From the NCBI GenBank assembly GCA_018657165.1, contig JABHXS010000130.1, positions 1-34,297 on the forward strand: a stretch of DNA of 34,297 bases, in the 5' to 3' direction. The DNA is from Nitrosomonadales bacterium. GTDB taxonomy: Bacteria; Pseudomonadota; Gammaproteobacteria; Burkholderiales; Methylophilaceae. The position numbers were made by a program, and so were the translations under genes. Within the stretch, counting starts at the first letter, position 1. The number at the start of each line of letters is the position of its first letter. The notes beneath the pieces were generated by a model, which was not told the DNA's origin, did no database searches, and saw nothing but the letters and a program-made list of their open reading frames with translations. This document shows, one piece after another, positions 19,272 through 29,770 of the stretch.

Positions 19272-20819
19272 CTACCTTTTCCTTGCAATTGGAGCTGTTT
19301 TTTTAGGCTCAACTGTTTCTTTTCGACGTCTTGGAAATAAAGTTATTTTAGAGATCCCCTCGGAGCTATTATTTCCAAATGAAAACCCATCTTGCCCTTG
19401 GTTGCCATAAGGGTCATCTAAAACCTCTTCCTCATGGCCAGTTGGAATCACAAACCTATCCTCATAATTTGCAATCGCTAAATACCGATACATTTCCTTA
19501 ACTTGTTCTTCAGACAAGCCTACAGATTTAATAATTTTTTTATTTGCCTCTTTTTCAACATTAATTGAGCGCATATAGGAACGCATTGCTAATAATTTTT
19601 TTAATGCTGTTGAGATAATACTAGTTTCGCCAGCAGTGAATAAGTTAGCTAAATATTCAACCGGAATACGAAGTGAATTAGCTTCTGGTAATACGCCATC
19701 AGGCCCTGTAGGTAATTTACCTTGATCGATTTTTGATTGAACTGGTGATAACGGTGGGATATACCAAACCATTGGTAGAGTTCTAAATTCAGGGTGCATT
19801 GGAAAGGCAATTTTCCAATCCATAGCCATCTTCCATATTGGTGACCTTTGAGCTGCATCAATCATATCATCGTTAATGCCCTCTTTACGAGCCGCACTAA
19901 TTACCTCAGGGTCATTTGGGTCTAGAAAGATGTTACATTGAGCTTCATAAAGTTTTGATTCATCTTCTATGCTTGCTAATTCCTCAATGCGATCTGCATC
20001 ATAAAGCATAATTCCATTGTAACGAATTCTACCGACACAAGACTCAGAACATATAGTAGGAAGGCCTGACTCAACCCTTGGATAGCACCCTGTACATTTC
20101 TCAGCCTTGCCGGATTCCCAGTTATAAAATACTTTTTTATATGGACATGAGGACACACACATCCTCCATCCTCTACATTTATCTTGATCAACCAAAACAA
20201 TGCCGTCCTCTTCCCTCTTATATATTGACCCTGATGGACATGCCGCAATACATGATGCATTTAGACAATGATTACATATTCTAGGTAAATACAAGTGGAA
20301 CGTATTTTCAAATTCCTTATATATTTCTTTTTGGGCAATTTCTAAATTTTTATCTTTAGATCTTTTGGAAAATTCTCCTGCTAAATCATCTTCCCAATTC
20401 GGTCCCCAGGTTATTTTGTCAATTGTTTCCCCTGTGATTTGTGATATTGGTCTTGCTGTTGGTGTAGCTTCTAAAAGAGGAGCATTTTGCAAATGTGTGT
20501 AGTTGTAGGTGAAGGGTTCATAGTAATCATCAATTTCTGGCATATCAGGATTTGCAAAAATATTTGCTAGCCTTTTTATCTTTCCGCCTGATTTAAGTTT
20601 TAATTTTTTATTTTTTAATTCCCAGCCTCCATTCCATTTCTCCTGATCCTCCCAATTTTTTGGAAATCCCGTACCTGGTTTTGATTCAACATTATTAAAC
20701 CATGCATACTCTACTCCCTTACGATTTGTCCAGACATTCTTACATGTCACAGAGCATGTATGACAACCGATACACTTATCTAAATTAAAAACTAATGCAA
20801 ATTGAGCCCGAACCTTCAT
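19272..20819 (-). CDS. narH: Respiratory nitrate reductase beta subunit
   Basis: MKVRAQ..VFNLDKCIGCHTCSVTCKNVW and three further Cys clusters (CNHCLN.SC..CP, CRGWRMC..CPYK, CTGC...CSESC). Confidence 0.98.
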   Translation of the reverse strand: MKVRAQFALVFNLDKCIGCHTCSVTCKNVWTNRKGVEYAWFNNVESKPGTGFPKNWEDQEKWNGGWELKNKKLKLKSGGKIKRLANIFANPDMPEIDDYYEPFTYNYTHLQNAPLLEATPTARPISQITGETIDKITWGPNWEDDLAGEFSKRSKDKNLEIAQKEIYKEFENTFHLYLPRICNHCLNASCIAACPSGSIYKREEDGIVLVDQDKCRGWRMCVSSCPYKKVFYNWESGKAEKCTGCYPRVESGLPTICSESCVGRIRYNGIMLYDADRIEELASIEDESKLYEAQCNIFLDPNDPEVISAARKEGINDDMIDAAQRSPIWKMAMDWKIAFPMHPEFRTLPMVWYIPPLSPVQSKIDQGKLPTGPDGVLPEANSLRIPVEYLANLFTAGETSIISTALKKLLAMRSYMRSINVEKEANKKIIKSVGLSEEQVKEMYRYLAIANYEDRFVIPTGHEEEVLDDPYGNQGQDGFSFGNNSSEGISKITLFPRRRKETVEPKKTAPIARKR

Positions 20820-20831
20820 TTTTTTATTCTC

Positions 20832-23800
20832 CTATTTTTTTCCAATACCTACTGGGTTTAGTTGTTTTTCTCGTTCTGATGTTAATGGTCGTTCGAGCCA
20901 ATCTATATCTTCATCTGCTATTTTATGAATTACGACCACCTCATCACGCTGAGACCCAACTGTTCCATAATAATTAAATGAATATGAGAGTTGGGCGTAC
21001 CCCCCTATCATATTTGTTGGTTTCATAGCTATTCTTGTTACTGAGTTAAGAATACCCCCCCTTTTTCCTGTCGTTTTTGAGCCAGGGACATTGATATTTT
21101 TTTCTTGTGCGTGATACATCATAGCCATTCCAGCTGGAATCCTCTGTGAGATAACTGCACGCGTAACGGTTGCTCCATTTGCATTAATAATTTCAATCCA
21201 ATCGTTATCTTCTAAACCAATCTTTTGAGCATCCTTTTCTGATATCCAGGTATAAGGCCCTCCTCTAAACAATTGCAACATTCTAAGATTGTCTTGGTAT
21301 GTTGAATGGATCCCCCATTTAGAATGTGGTGTAATCCAGCTACATACTAAATGTGGCTTTTCCTTTATTTTTTTTGGTATTTTTTCATGAGACTTCATGT
21401 CAATAGGCGGCCTATAAGTGCAATGCCCCTCTCCAAAGTCAAGCATCCATTCATGATCTTGATAGAATTGAGCGCGTCCCGTTAAAGTTCTAAAAGGTAT
21501 ATGTTCGTGAATGTTAGTATAGCCCGCGGTATACGAGACTTCTTCCGACTCAACACCTGACCAAGTTGGTGACGTAATAATCTTTCTTGGTTGCGCTTGA
21601 ATATCATGAAAAGTAATCTTTTCATCCCGTCTACCCTTATAAAGGTTTTGATGGTCAATTCCTGTTTTTACAGTGAGGGCTTGCCATGCTTTATGTGCCA
21701 CTTCACCATTTGTTTCAGGAGCCATTCGCAAAACAGAGTCGCACACATAAATATCTTTTTCAAGTGACGGCATGCCAAACGATACACCTGGCAATGTAAC
21801 TGTTTGATTGTACTTTTTAAGCTCTTCATATTCTTTTTTTGTTTCCCAATTCAGGCCCTTAATATTATTTCCTTGTTGCATCATTAGTGGGCCTAACCCA
21901 ATATATTTGTTATAAATGGAGCTATAGTCACGCTCTATCATTTTAATGATGGGCATTGTTTTTCCTGGAATTGGTTCACAATCGCCTTTTTTATAGTCCC
22001 TTACCTCACCAAATGGCTGTGCTAACTCAGAAGGGCTGTCATGTTGCATTGGTAAAGCAACAATATCCTTTTTAATTCCAAGGTGTTTTTTTCCAAGCTC
22101 ACTGAATGTTTTAGCAATGTTTTTAAAAATCTGCCAATCTGATTTTGATTCCCAACCTGGGGAAACGGCTTCCGAAAGCGGGTGAATAAATGGATGCATA
22201 TCGGTTGTATTTAGATCATTTTTCTCATACCAAGTTGCTGTTGGAAGGACGATATCAGAGTAAGCACCCGTTGAATTGAGTCTAAAGTTAATATCTACCA
22301 TCAAATCTAGTTTGGCGATTGGTGCTTCCTTATGCCACTTAACTTCTTTAGTTGCCTTACCATCCCCACCCTCTTGTAAAACGCCATTTTGGGCACCTAA
22401 TAAATGTTTTAAAAAATACTCATGCCCTTTAGCAGACGACCCAATTAAATTTGCTCGCCAAACATACAAATTTCTTGGCCAGTTCTCTGGCGCGTCCACA
22501 TCTGCATATGCAACATCCAAGTCTCCTTTTTTAAGTTTTTTGGCAATAAAATTTCCAATATCATCATCAGAAACTCCTTTCTTTTTTGCCTCCTCAGCCA
22601 ACTTAATAGGGTTTTTATTCCAATGTGGGGTTGACGGTAGCCACCCTAAACGCGTTGAAATAACGTTATAGTCAGCAATGGTATGATTTTTATACCTAGC
22701 TTTTGCGGCAGGTGAATGAAGGCTATCAGGGTTTATAGTGTCGTAACGCCACTGATCTGTATGAAAATACCAAAAAGAAGTTGAATTTTGGTGTCGAGGT
22801 GGCCGCTGCCAATCTAATGCAAAGGCAATCGGTGCCCAACCTGCTTGTGGCCTGAGTTTTTCTTGGCCGACATAATGCGCCCATCCTCCCCCACTTTGCC
22901 CTACACAACCACACATATGTAAAAGATTCATTACAGATCTATAGCTCAGATCATTGTGATACCAATGGTTGATTGCTGCGCCCATAATAACCATGGACTT
23001 ACCCGATGTTTTAGCAGCATTATCGGCAAATTCACGGCCTGTTCTTTCTATATCAGCAGCTTTAACACCTGTGATTTTTTCTGCCCATGCAGGTGTGTAT
23101 GCTACTGTGCTATCTGAATAAGATTGTGCAACGTTCTCACCCCCTAGACCGCGATCAATACCATAATTTGCAATCTGTAAATCAAAAACACTAGTTACAT
23201 AAAGCTCCTCATTGTTTACATTTTTTACCTTTCTTATAGGGACATTTCTCCATAAAAGATCAGATTCATTAGGTGTGAAATGTGGGAAGCCAACGGAAAC
23301 TACCTCATCCTGACTTCCAAGGCATGTTAGCTCTTGGTCAATCTCTTGACCGTCTGACTGATGCAGAAGATTCCATTTCCCCTCCTCACCCCAGCGAAAA
23401 CCGATAGACCCATTTGGAACAACAAAGCTTTTAGATTTTTCATCATAGACAATTGTTTTCCACTCAGGGTTATTTTTTTCACCTAAATTTTTATTAAAAT
23501 CTGATGCCCTAAGACATCGATCAGATACAAACCCTCCATCATGTTTTCTTAAAATTATCTGTATAGGCAAGTCTGTATTTTGTTTTGCATAGGATTGGAA
23601 ATATGACTCTTGTTTGTCAATATAAAATTCTTTAAGAGCTACATGCCCCATTGCAAGAAAAGCTGCTGAATCAGTACCTTGCTTAATAGGCATCCAAAGA
23701 TCAGCAAACTTCACATACTCAGCATAATCTGGAGACATTGACACCACTTTTGTTCCCTTGTATCTTACCTCACTCATAAAATGAGCATCGGGAGTTCTCG

Positions 23801-24578
23801 TCATTGGTAAATTAGCGCCTGTAATAATAAGATAGTTTGAGTTGTACCAATCTGCTGATTCAGGAACATCTGTTTGCTCTCCCCATGTTTGAGGGCTCGC
23901 GGCAGGTAAATCGCAGTACCAATCATAAAAAGAGCCACAAGCACCCCCGATAAGTGAAAGATATCTTGTTCCTGCTGCATATGAAATCATCGACATAGCA
24001 GGTATTGGGGAAAATCCATAGATCCGATCTGGCCCCCACTTCTTAATTGTATAAACATTAGCTGCTGCTGTTATTTCAGTTATTTCATCCCAAGAAGCTC
24101 TTACAAAACCACCAAGCCCTCTAACAGAGGTGTAAGATTGACGTTTTTTTTCATCTGACTGAATAATTTCCCATGCCTCTACTGGGTCATTACCTCTTTC
24201 TCTCTCGGTGCGATATAGCTCTAATAAGCGGCCCCGTATTAATGGATGCTTAATGCGATGTGGGCTGTATAGATACCATGAAAAACTCGCCCCTCTTTGG
24301 CAACCGCGTGGCTCATGATTTGGCAAATCATCCCTTGTTCTTGGGTAATCTGTTTGTTGCATTTCAAAAGCAACCAAACCTTTTTTAACAAATATTTTCC
24401 ATGAGCAACCGCCTGTACAATTTACCCCATGCGTAGACCTAACCACTTTGTCATGTTGCCAACGATTTCGGTAGCCATCCTCCCAACCTCGATCTTCATT
24501 TGTCATTACTCCATGATTACCTGAGTAATTTTTTTTCATTGGGCTAAAAAATTTTAATCTATCTAGGAAGTGGCTCAT
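20832..24578 (-). CDS. narG: Respiratory (membrane-bound, cytoplasm-facing) nitrate reductase alpha subunit
   Basis: MSHFLDRL N-terminus with no Tat signal; THGVNCTG.CSW...RGC.RG FS0 motif; FYDWYCDLP Mo ligand; HYVGQEK; TPHSKWGIHSTY. Confidence 0.98.
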   Translation of the reverse strand: MSHFLDRLKFFSPMKKNYSGNHGVMTNEDRGWEDGYRNRWQHDKVVRSTHGVNCTGGCSWKIFVKKGLVAFEMQQTDYPRTRDDLPNHEPRGCQRGASFSWYLYSPHRIKHPLIRGRLLELYRTERERGNDPVEAWEIIQSDEKKRQSYTSVRGLGGFVRASWDEITEITAAANVYTIKKWGPDRIYGFSPIPAMSMISYAAGTRYLSLIGGACGSFYDWYCDLPAASPQTWGEQTDVPESADWYNSNYLIITGANLPMTRTPDAHFMSEVRYKGTKVVSMSPDYAEYVKFADLWMPIKQGTDSAAFLAMGHVALKEFYIDKQESYFQSYAKQNTDLPIQIILRKHDGGFVSDRCLRASDFNKNLGEKNNPEWKTIVYDEKSKSFVVPNGSIGFRWGEEGKWNLLHQSDGQEIDQELTCLGSQDEVVSVGFPHFTPNESDLLWRNVPIRKVKNVNNEELYVTSVFDLQIANYGIDRGLGGENVAQSYSDSTVAYTPAWAEKITGVKAADIERTGREFADNAAKTSGKSMVIMGAAINHWYHNDLSYRSVMNLLHMCGCVGQSGGGWAHYVGQEKLRPQAGWAPIAFALDWQRPPRHQNSTSFWYFHTDQWRYDTINPDSLHSPAAKARYKNHTIADYNVISTRLGWLPSTPHWNKNPIKLAEEAKKKGVSDDDIGNFIAKKLKKGDLDVAYADVDAPENWPRNLYVWRANLIGSSAKGHEYFLKHLLGAQNGVLQEGGDGKATKEVKWHKEAPIAKLDLMVDINFRLNSTGAYSDIVLPTATWYEKNDLNTTDMHPFIHPLSEAVSPGWESKSDWQIFKNIAKTFSELGKKHLGIKKDIVALPMQHDSPSELAQPFGEVRDYKKGDCEPIPGKTMPIIKMIERDYSSIYNKYIGLGPLMMQQGNNIKGLNWETKKEYEELKKYNQTVTLPGVSFGMPSLEKDIYVCDSVLRMAPETNGEVAHKAWQALTVKTGIDHQNLYKGRRDEKITFHDIQAQPRKIITSPTWSGVESEEVSYTAGYTNIHEHIPFRTLTGRAQFYQDHEWMLDFGEGHCTYRPPIDMKSHEKIPKKIKEKPHLVCSWITPHSKWGIHSTYQDNLRMLQLFRGGPYTWISEKDAQKIGLEDNDWIEIINANGATVTRAVISQRIPAGMAMMYHAQEKNINVPGSKTTGKRGGILNSVTRIAMKPTNMIGGYAQLSYSFNYYGTVGSQRDEVVVIHKIADEDIDWLERPLTSEREKQLNPVGIGKK

Positions 24579-24638
24579 TAATTATTCCTTATTTTAATAT
24601 AGCGTTCAAAATTTAAAAATATATGTATCTATTTCGTT

Positions 24639-26255
24639 TTATGGGTTATGAAATTCCGCATTTTTTCTCAAATAAAACCACCAGTTAACTACAATGCAAA
24701 TTGAGTAAAAAACTGCCAAAGCAATCATTGCATCCTCAGGCGTTGTTAGTTTGATTTGCTCACCTATTAGCTTAGGTATATAGAAAGCTCCATATGCCGC
24801 TATGGCAGAAGTCCATCCCAAAACTGGTCCTGTTTGTTCTTTATTAAAAACCATCGCTATCGTACGGAATGTTGAACCATTTCCAATACCGGTAGCCGCG
24901 AATAAAATTAAAAATAACGTCAAGAAAGGCATGAAGAATTCTTCTGGGTTTTCAGATGAGTATGCTAGCTTCATGTAATAAGCAACTCCAAGCGCACTTG
25001 CAATCATAATAAATGAACAGATCTGTGTGACTTTTGCTCCGCCTAATTTGTCGGCAAACCATCCTCCAATCGGTCGAATTAGCGCCCCAATAAATGGCCC
25101 CATCCATGCATACATAAGCGCGCTTGGGCCATTTAAATTAATTGTATTATGTGTAATCACACCATCAACCAGCAAGTGCTGATAGCCAAAAATAACTTTA
25201 ATAGAGAGTGCGAAAGCTGCTGAAAAGCCAATAAAAGAACCAAAGGTCATAGTGTAAAGTACACTCATGACCCAAGTATGTTTATTTTTAAAAATCTCAT
25301 ATTGATGAACTAAACTCTTGTGTATGCTTCCTGGCATTGCTTTCAAGCCATAAACAGTCATTAGTACCACCATGATAATAACTATTTCTTTAGGTATTCC
25401 AAATCCTGAACCATTTGCACTTTCTGGCAAAAGTAACCATAATCCAAAAATTGCACTTATGAAGCCAACTGAGAGCATTAAACTTATTTTTACAATCGCC
25501 CCCAATGTGCTTCCAATATTTGGTGATACATGTTCAGCACGAATATTGTTCATGCCAAACCACCCAGCAAAAAACAAAGGGATAAGGAAAAAGAGCCAAA
25601 CATAACCTGCATTTTGAATCCATGTCTCTGTCCCTTCTGGAATCTTTCCAATAAGAGTACCGCTCGTGTTTTGAAGAGTCATTGATTCGCCACCTAGAAC
25701 CCCAAATAAACCAAAAGTCATGACTAACGGAACAAGGATTTGCATAGTAGTGACACCAAAATTACCCAATCCTGCATTTAAACCGAGTGCAAGGCCCTGC
25801 TGTTTCCTAGGGTAGAAAAAACTTATATTGGACATAGATGATGCAAAATTACCTCCTCCAAATCCTGAAAGAAGCGCTAAAAGCTGAAAGATCCAGAGTG
25901 GTGTATTTGGATCCTTTAAAGCCATACCAGTACCTAAGGCAGGTATCATTAACAAAGCTGTAGTAAAAGCAATAGTGTTTCTACCGCCACACAGCCTTAC
26001 AAAGAAACTACTTGGTATCCTTAAGGTTGCCCCTGTTAAGCCTGCAATTGCCATTAAGGTAAATAACTCGGATTTTTCAAACGGAAATCCTAGATTAAGC
26101 ATTTGCACAGTTATGATGCCCCAGTACAGCCAGATTGCAAAACCACACAATAAACTGGGTATAGAAATCCAAAGATTCCTATTCGCAATTTTTTTACCTT
26201 TTGAGTTCCAAAATTTCCTATCCTCTACTTCCCATTTTTTAATATCAGTCTTCAA
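24639..26255 (-). CDS. narK2: NarK2/NarU-type nitrate:nitrite antiporter (MFS)
   Basis: W.VED..FW..G..IA.RNLWIS, GGGNFASSMSNISFFYP, FGSFIGFS, GIGNGSTF; TTG start with GGGAG SD. Confidence 0.9.
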   Translation of the reverse strand: MKTDIKKWEVEDRKFWNSKGKKIANRNLWISIPSLLCGFAIWLYWGIITVQMLNLGFPFEKSELFTLMAIAGLTGATLRIPSSFFVRLCGGRNTIAFTTALLMIPALGTGMALKDPNTPLWIFQLLALLSGFGGGNFASSMSNISFFYPRKQQGLALGLNAGLGNFGVTTMQILVPLVMTFGLFGVLGGESMTLQNTSGTLIGKIPEGTETWIQNAGYVWLFFLIPLFFAGWFGMNNIRAEHVSPNIGSTLGAIVKISLMLSVGFISAIFGLWLLLPESANGSGFGIPKEIVIIMVVLMTVYGLKAMPGSIHKSLVHQYEIFKNKHTWVMSVLYTMTFGSFIGFSAAFALSIKVIFGYQHLLVDGVITHNTINLNGPSALMYAWMGPFIGALIRPIGGWFADKLGGAKVTQICSFIMIASALGVAYYMKLAYSSENPEEFFMPFLTLFLILFAATGIGNGSTFRTIAMVFNKEQTGPVLGWTSAIAAYGAFYIPKLIGEQIKLTTPEDAMIALAVFYSICIVVNWWFYLRKNAEFHNP

Positions 26256-26283
26256 TGCTTACTCCCGTTTGAAATGTGATTTA

Positions 26284-27552
26284 TCATGTATTAACTGTGT
26301 GCTTTTTTTGTTTGTAAAGGTTGTGATGAGCGATTTTTAAAGGTCTAATTTCAGACCAATACATCCAAATAAGAGACACCCAAGTTATTCCACAAAGCAA
26401 TATAAAAATAGACGATCTAATTCCGGTTAAATCTATTAAAATGCCAAACATAATAGGTAACAAAAATCCGCCCATGCCACCCATAAGTCCTACAATCCCT
26501 GAAACTGCACCTATATTTTGTGAATAATCATCTGATATATATTTAAAAACTGATGCCTTCCCAATCGCAAAAGCAACACCTACTATAAAAATTAAAATAG
26601 TAAAGAAAGTAGCGTTTAAATTAATTTTGAAAGTTATCGGTCCATCTATACCAAAAATAGTTAATTCGGTATGAGGGTATGACATAATAAAAAAACAAAT
26701 CATTGATACCCATAACACCCACCAAGTTACAATATGAGCACCAAATTTATCTGAAAAATACCCCCCTAAGGCTCTCAAAAGTCCGCCAGGCAATGAAAAA
26801 CATGCTGCTAATAAAGCAGCTGTTGTGATATCAAATGAATACTCCGTGATGTAATATTTTGTCATCCATGATGCAAGTGCGACATAACCTCCAAAGACAA
26901 TAGAATAGAACTGGCAAAGCTTCCAAATATTAGGGTCTTTTAAAATTAGCATTTCCTGTTTAAAATTAAATTTTTTTCTTGCCCTATGTTCATCCTTGTC
27001 CCAGGTATAAAACCAAAAGATAATAACTGTAAAGGTCATAATAACGGCGTAGACTTTTGGAACCATAGCCCATCCATATGCAACTAAAATACTTGGTGCA
27101 ATTAGCTTTGTAAGCGCTGCGCCAACATTGCCAGCCCCAAAAATACCCATCGCAGTTCCTTGTCTATGCCTTGGGAACCATTTTGCACAATAAGCGATTC
27201 CGACTGTAAAAGATGCACCAGTAAGCCCAACGAATAAACCTATAGCAAGATATTGCCAATATGTGGTTGCATAACTGATGAACCATATAGGCATTATTGT
27301 TGATAACATTAGGAAGAAAAATACTTTCCTTCCACCATAGTAATCAGTCAGGATACCTATTGGGAATCGAAAAAGTGAGCCTGTTAAAATTGGCATTGCT
27401 ACCAAAAGACCGAACTGCGTTTCATTCAATCCAAGTTCGTCTTTAATTGGTATTCCAATGACTGCAAAAATCATCCAAACCATAAAACAAACTGTAAATG
27501 AAAACGTACTTGAACCTAAAATCCAATTTGGTTTGTTAACTTCACTTACCAT
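26284..27552 (-). CDS. narK1: NarK1-type nitrate/nitrite MFS transporter
   Basis: FTVCFMVWMIF, LTGSLFRFPIG, QGTAMGIFGAGNVGAA, FGGYVAL, GKASVFK. ATG 27552 has an AAGGAG SD and is preferred over the track's TTG 27573. Confidence 0.9.
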   Translation of the reverse strand: MVSEVNKPNWILGSSTFSFTVCFMVWMIFAVIGIPIKDELGLNETQFGLLVAMPILTGSLFRFPIGILTDYYGGRKVFFFLMLSTIMPIWFISYATTYWQYLAIGLFVGLTGASFTVGIAYCAKWFPRHRQGTAMGIFGAGNVGAALTKLIAPSILVAYGWAMVPKVYAVIMTFTVIIFWFYTWDKDEHRARKKFNFKQEMLILKDPNIWKLCQFYSIVFGGYVALASWMTKYYITEYSFDITTAALLAACFSLPGGLLRALGGYFSDKFGAHIVTWWVLWVSMICFFIMSYPHTELTIFGIDGPITFKINLNATFFTILIFIVGVAFAIGKASVFKYISDDYSQNIGAVSGIVGLMGGMGGFLLPIMFGILIDLTGIRSSIFILLCGITWVSLIWMYWSEIRPLKIAHHNLYKQKKHTVNT

Positions 27553-27607
27553 AAGGCTCCTTTTTTTACTCAACGCTTTATTAAATACTAAACCCTAAAA
27601 AAAAGAA

Positions 27608-27621
27608 TTGATGTAAATCAA
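27608..27621. promoter_or_regulatory. FNR box upstream of the narK1K2GHJI operon
   Basis: TTGATGTAAATCAA; minus-strand TTTAAT at 27585-27580 gives -41.5. Confidence 0.88.
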
Positions 27622-27632
27622 ATTTGGTTAAA

Positions 27633-29708
27633 TTAGAAGTCATAAGATAAGCTTAATTCAGCAAACCTCGGCCTTCCTGGAAAGAACCTATAGTCTCCAT
27701 ATGCATAATCTGCCCTATCTGCATATGCGGTATTCGCTATATTTTCAATTTGAAAATTTAAAGCAAGACTATCCTGAATGTTTGAAGAAATACGAAGGTT
27801 GAAAAGGTCGTGTCCATCATACTCATGCTCATTACTGGTATCAAGATAGTACTCCCCGACATGATTCCATTCCAATTCAACTCGGTTATTAGTATTTATA
27901 TCCCAGCCTAAAATTGCATTTGCGAGATTTCTAGGTGCACTGTCAATGTCATCGCCAGAGCTTATGTCGCTAGCATTGTTATTAAATCGATATTTATGAA
28001 TTGCGTAACTATATTGTGCTGTTAAATCAATGTTATCTGTTAAGAAGGCACTTGTACTTAACTCAACACCCTTATGATCGGTTTTACCATTGACAACGTT
28101 ATACCCATCGCTATCTCGCATAAAGAAATTATCCTTTCTCATCCAAAAGGCAAGTATTTCAAAACTAATATTTTTACTGGCATGCCTTACACCTAACTCA
28201 GCACTTTTAATTTCCTGAGAATCTATTTCTCCGACTGTCTGATGTCGTTGTAAACGATACAGCTCTGTTGTTTGTGGTGCGCTGTATCCTTTTTTGAAGT
28301 TAGCAAAGATGCTTTGAGTGTCGTTAAGTGCATAAGTCAAACCTACCTTTGGTAGGAGGTCGAAAAATTGATCAGCTCTATCACTAGGTCTATAATATAG
28401 GCACTCCGTACCGGCGCCTGCAAAACAATCCGAGCCATCTGCCATCCCAGTCCCGCTGGCAACTTTATTATCATATTCATACCTCACATATTCAGCCCTC
28501 AAGCCAGTTGTTATTGAAAGCTTTTCAGAGATGACCCATTCAACTCGCGCATATGGGGCGATAACTGTAGCGACAACATCGTAATCATAATGAATGCCTT
28601 GCTGTCTATTTTTACCAAAATATGTGTAACTTGCCTTCTCTTGCGTCTCTTTTAAATAGCCTGATGTATACTCTAAATCACTGCCAAGTATGAGTTGATG
28701 ATCACCAAATGAAGCATAGTAGGATAGCAATAATCCCGCAGAACTATGCCCATTTTCTTCTATAGAGTCTGCAGGCAAATAGTGTTGACGAAACTCCATG
28801 TCATTTGTTCTGAAATGCGGCGTAATGCTTATAAAATCATCATTCTCAAAAATATATTGATATTCACTTAAAAAACGAAAAGCCGTCCAGTCTCTGTATG
28901 CATCAGGATCGTCATTGATTTTCATTTGAGCTCTTTCTTTATAATAATTCTTATCTGAGCTGACCTTGAATCCTGCTGTTTCTTGATTTAAATTATAGAC
29001 AGTAAATACATTCTTTATACTTTCCTCAAATGAAGGAAAAAAATCATGACGGAAAGTCAGTTTTTGCTCCCCGTAATTAGATTGGGTTCTCCAGCCATTG
29101 TCCCTTACTCCATCGATACTTAATCTATAACCATGGTCATCAAAACTATTACTGCTTGAAAAATGTCCTTTATAGACCTGCTCCGTAGTTCCCCCTGCTA
29201 TTAAATTATTCTCAAGTGTTCCTGAGGGTGCCTCAGTAATAACGTTTACTAGGCCATGAACTGCATTAGATCCGTATAATGAACTACCAGGGCCTCTAAT
29301 AACCTCAATGCTTCTAGCACCTCCCATATGTGCCTCAGCTAATCCATTATTATTACAAAATCCAGTAGCTCTAAAAGGTACGCCATCGCCCATGAATAAA
29401 AAGGCACCGCAAGCACCAGGGCCTGTTAACACAGGAGATCTAATTGCAGGAAGTGATTCCTGCCCATTACCTTTTTGAACATTTACCCCAGGAATTCTTT
29501 TAATCAATTGCTGTATGTGCTCGGGTCGATAAATGTCTATTTCCACTTCATCAATAAGCCCAATATTCCCAGACTCATCTAGAACATTTTTTTCAATTTT
29601 TGTGGCCGTAATTGAAATGTCTTCCAATTGCGTTGCAGTCGATTCAGCAAAAATTAAATTTGGAATAATTGAAAGTAAAACTATATTTATAAAATTTATA
29701 TTTTTCAT
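27633..29708 (-). CDS. TonB-dependent outer membrane receptor, substrate unknown
   Basis: Signal peptide, TonB-box-like EDISITAT, plug motif IEVIRGPGSSLYGSNAVHGLVN, C-terminal ENIAN...PGRPR..L.Y.F. Confidence 0.93.
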   Translation of the reverse strand: MKNINFINIVLLSIIPNLIFAESTATQLEDISITATKIEKNVLDESGNIGLIDEVEIDIYRPEHIQQLIKRIPGVNVQKGNGQESLPAIRSPVLTGPGACGAFLFMGDGVPFRATGFCNNNGLAEAHMGGARSIEVIRGPGSSLYGSNAVHGLVNVITEAPSGTLENNLIAGGTTEQVYKGHFSSSNSFDDHGYRLSIDGVRDNGWRTQSNYGEQKLTFRHDFFPSFEESIKNVFTVYNLNQETAGFKVSSDKNYYKERAQMKINDDPDAYRDWTAFRFLSEYQYIFENDDFISITPHFRTNDMEFRQHYLPADSIEENGHSSAGLLLSYYASFGDHQLILGSDLEYTSGYLKETQEKASYTYFGKNRQQGIHYDYDVVATVIAPYARVEWVISEKLSITTGLRAEYVRYEYDNKVASGTGMADGSDCFAGAGTECLYYRPSDRADQFFDLLPKVGLTYALNDTQSIFANFKKGYSAPQTTELYRLQRHQTVGEIDSQEIKSAELGVRHASKNISFEILAFWMRKDNFFMRDSDGYNVVNGKTDHKGVELSTSAFLTDNIDLTAQYSYAIHKYRFNNNASDISSGDDIDSAPRNLANAILGWDINTNNRVELEWNHVGEYYLDTSNEHEYDGHDLFNLRISSNIQDSLALNFQIENIANTAYADRADYAYGDYRFFPGRPRFAELSLSYDF

Positions 29709-29770
29709 AAACCAACCAAGCCTTCTCTTTTAATAAAAAAAAATCATAGTTAAAATTAAAGGTTAAAAAA

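Noticed and set aside
20832-24578. Reading narG as nitrite oxidoreductase nxrA
   Set aside because: The MSHFLDRL N-terminus, the YCDLP.ASPQTWGEQTDVPES motif, the narK1K2GHJI layout and FNR control all fit respiratory NarG.
27553-27573. TTG start of narK1 given by the ORF track
   Set aside because: It coincides with the predicted transcription start, while ATG 27552 has a strong AAGGAG SD.
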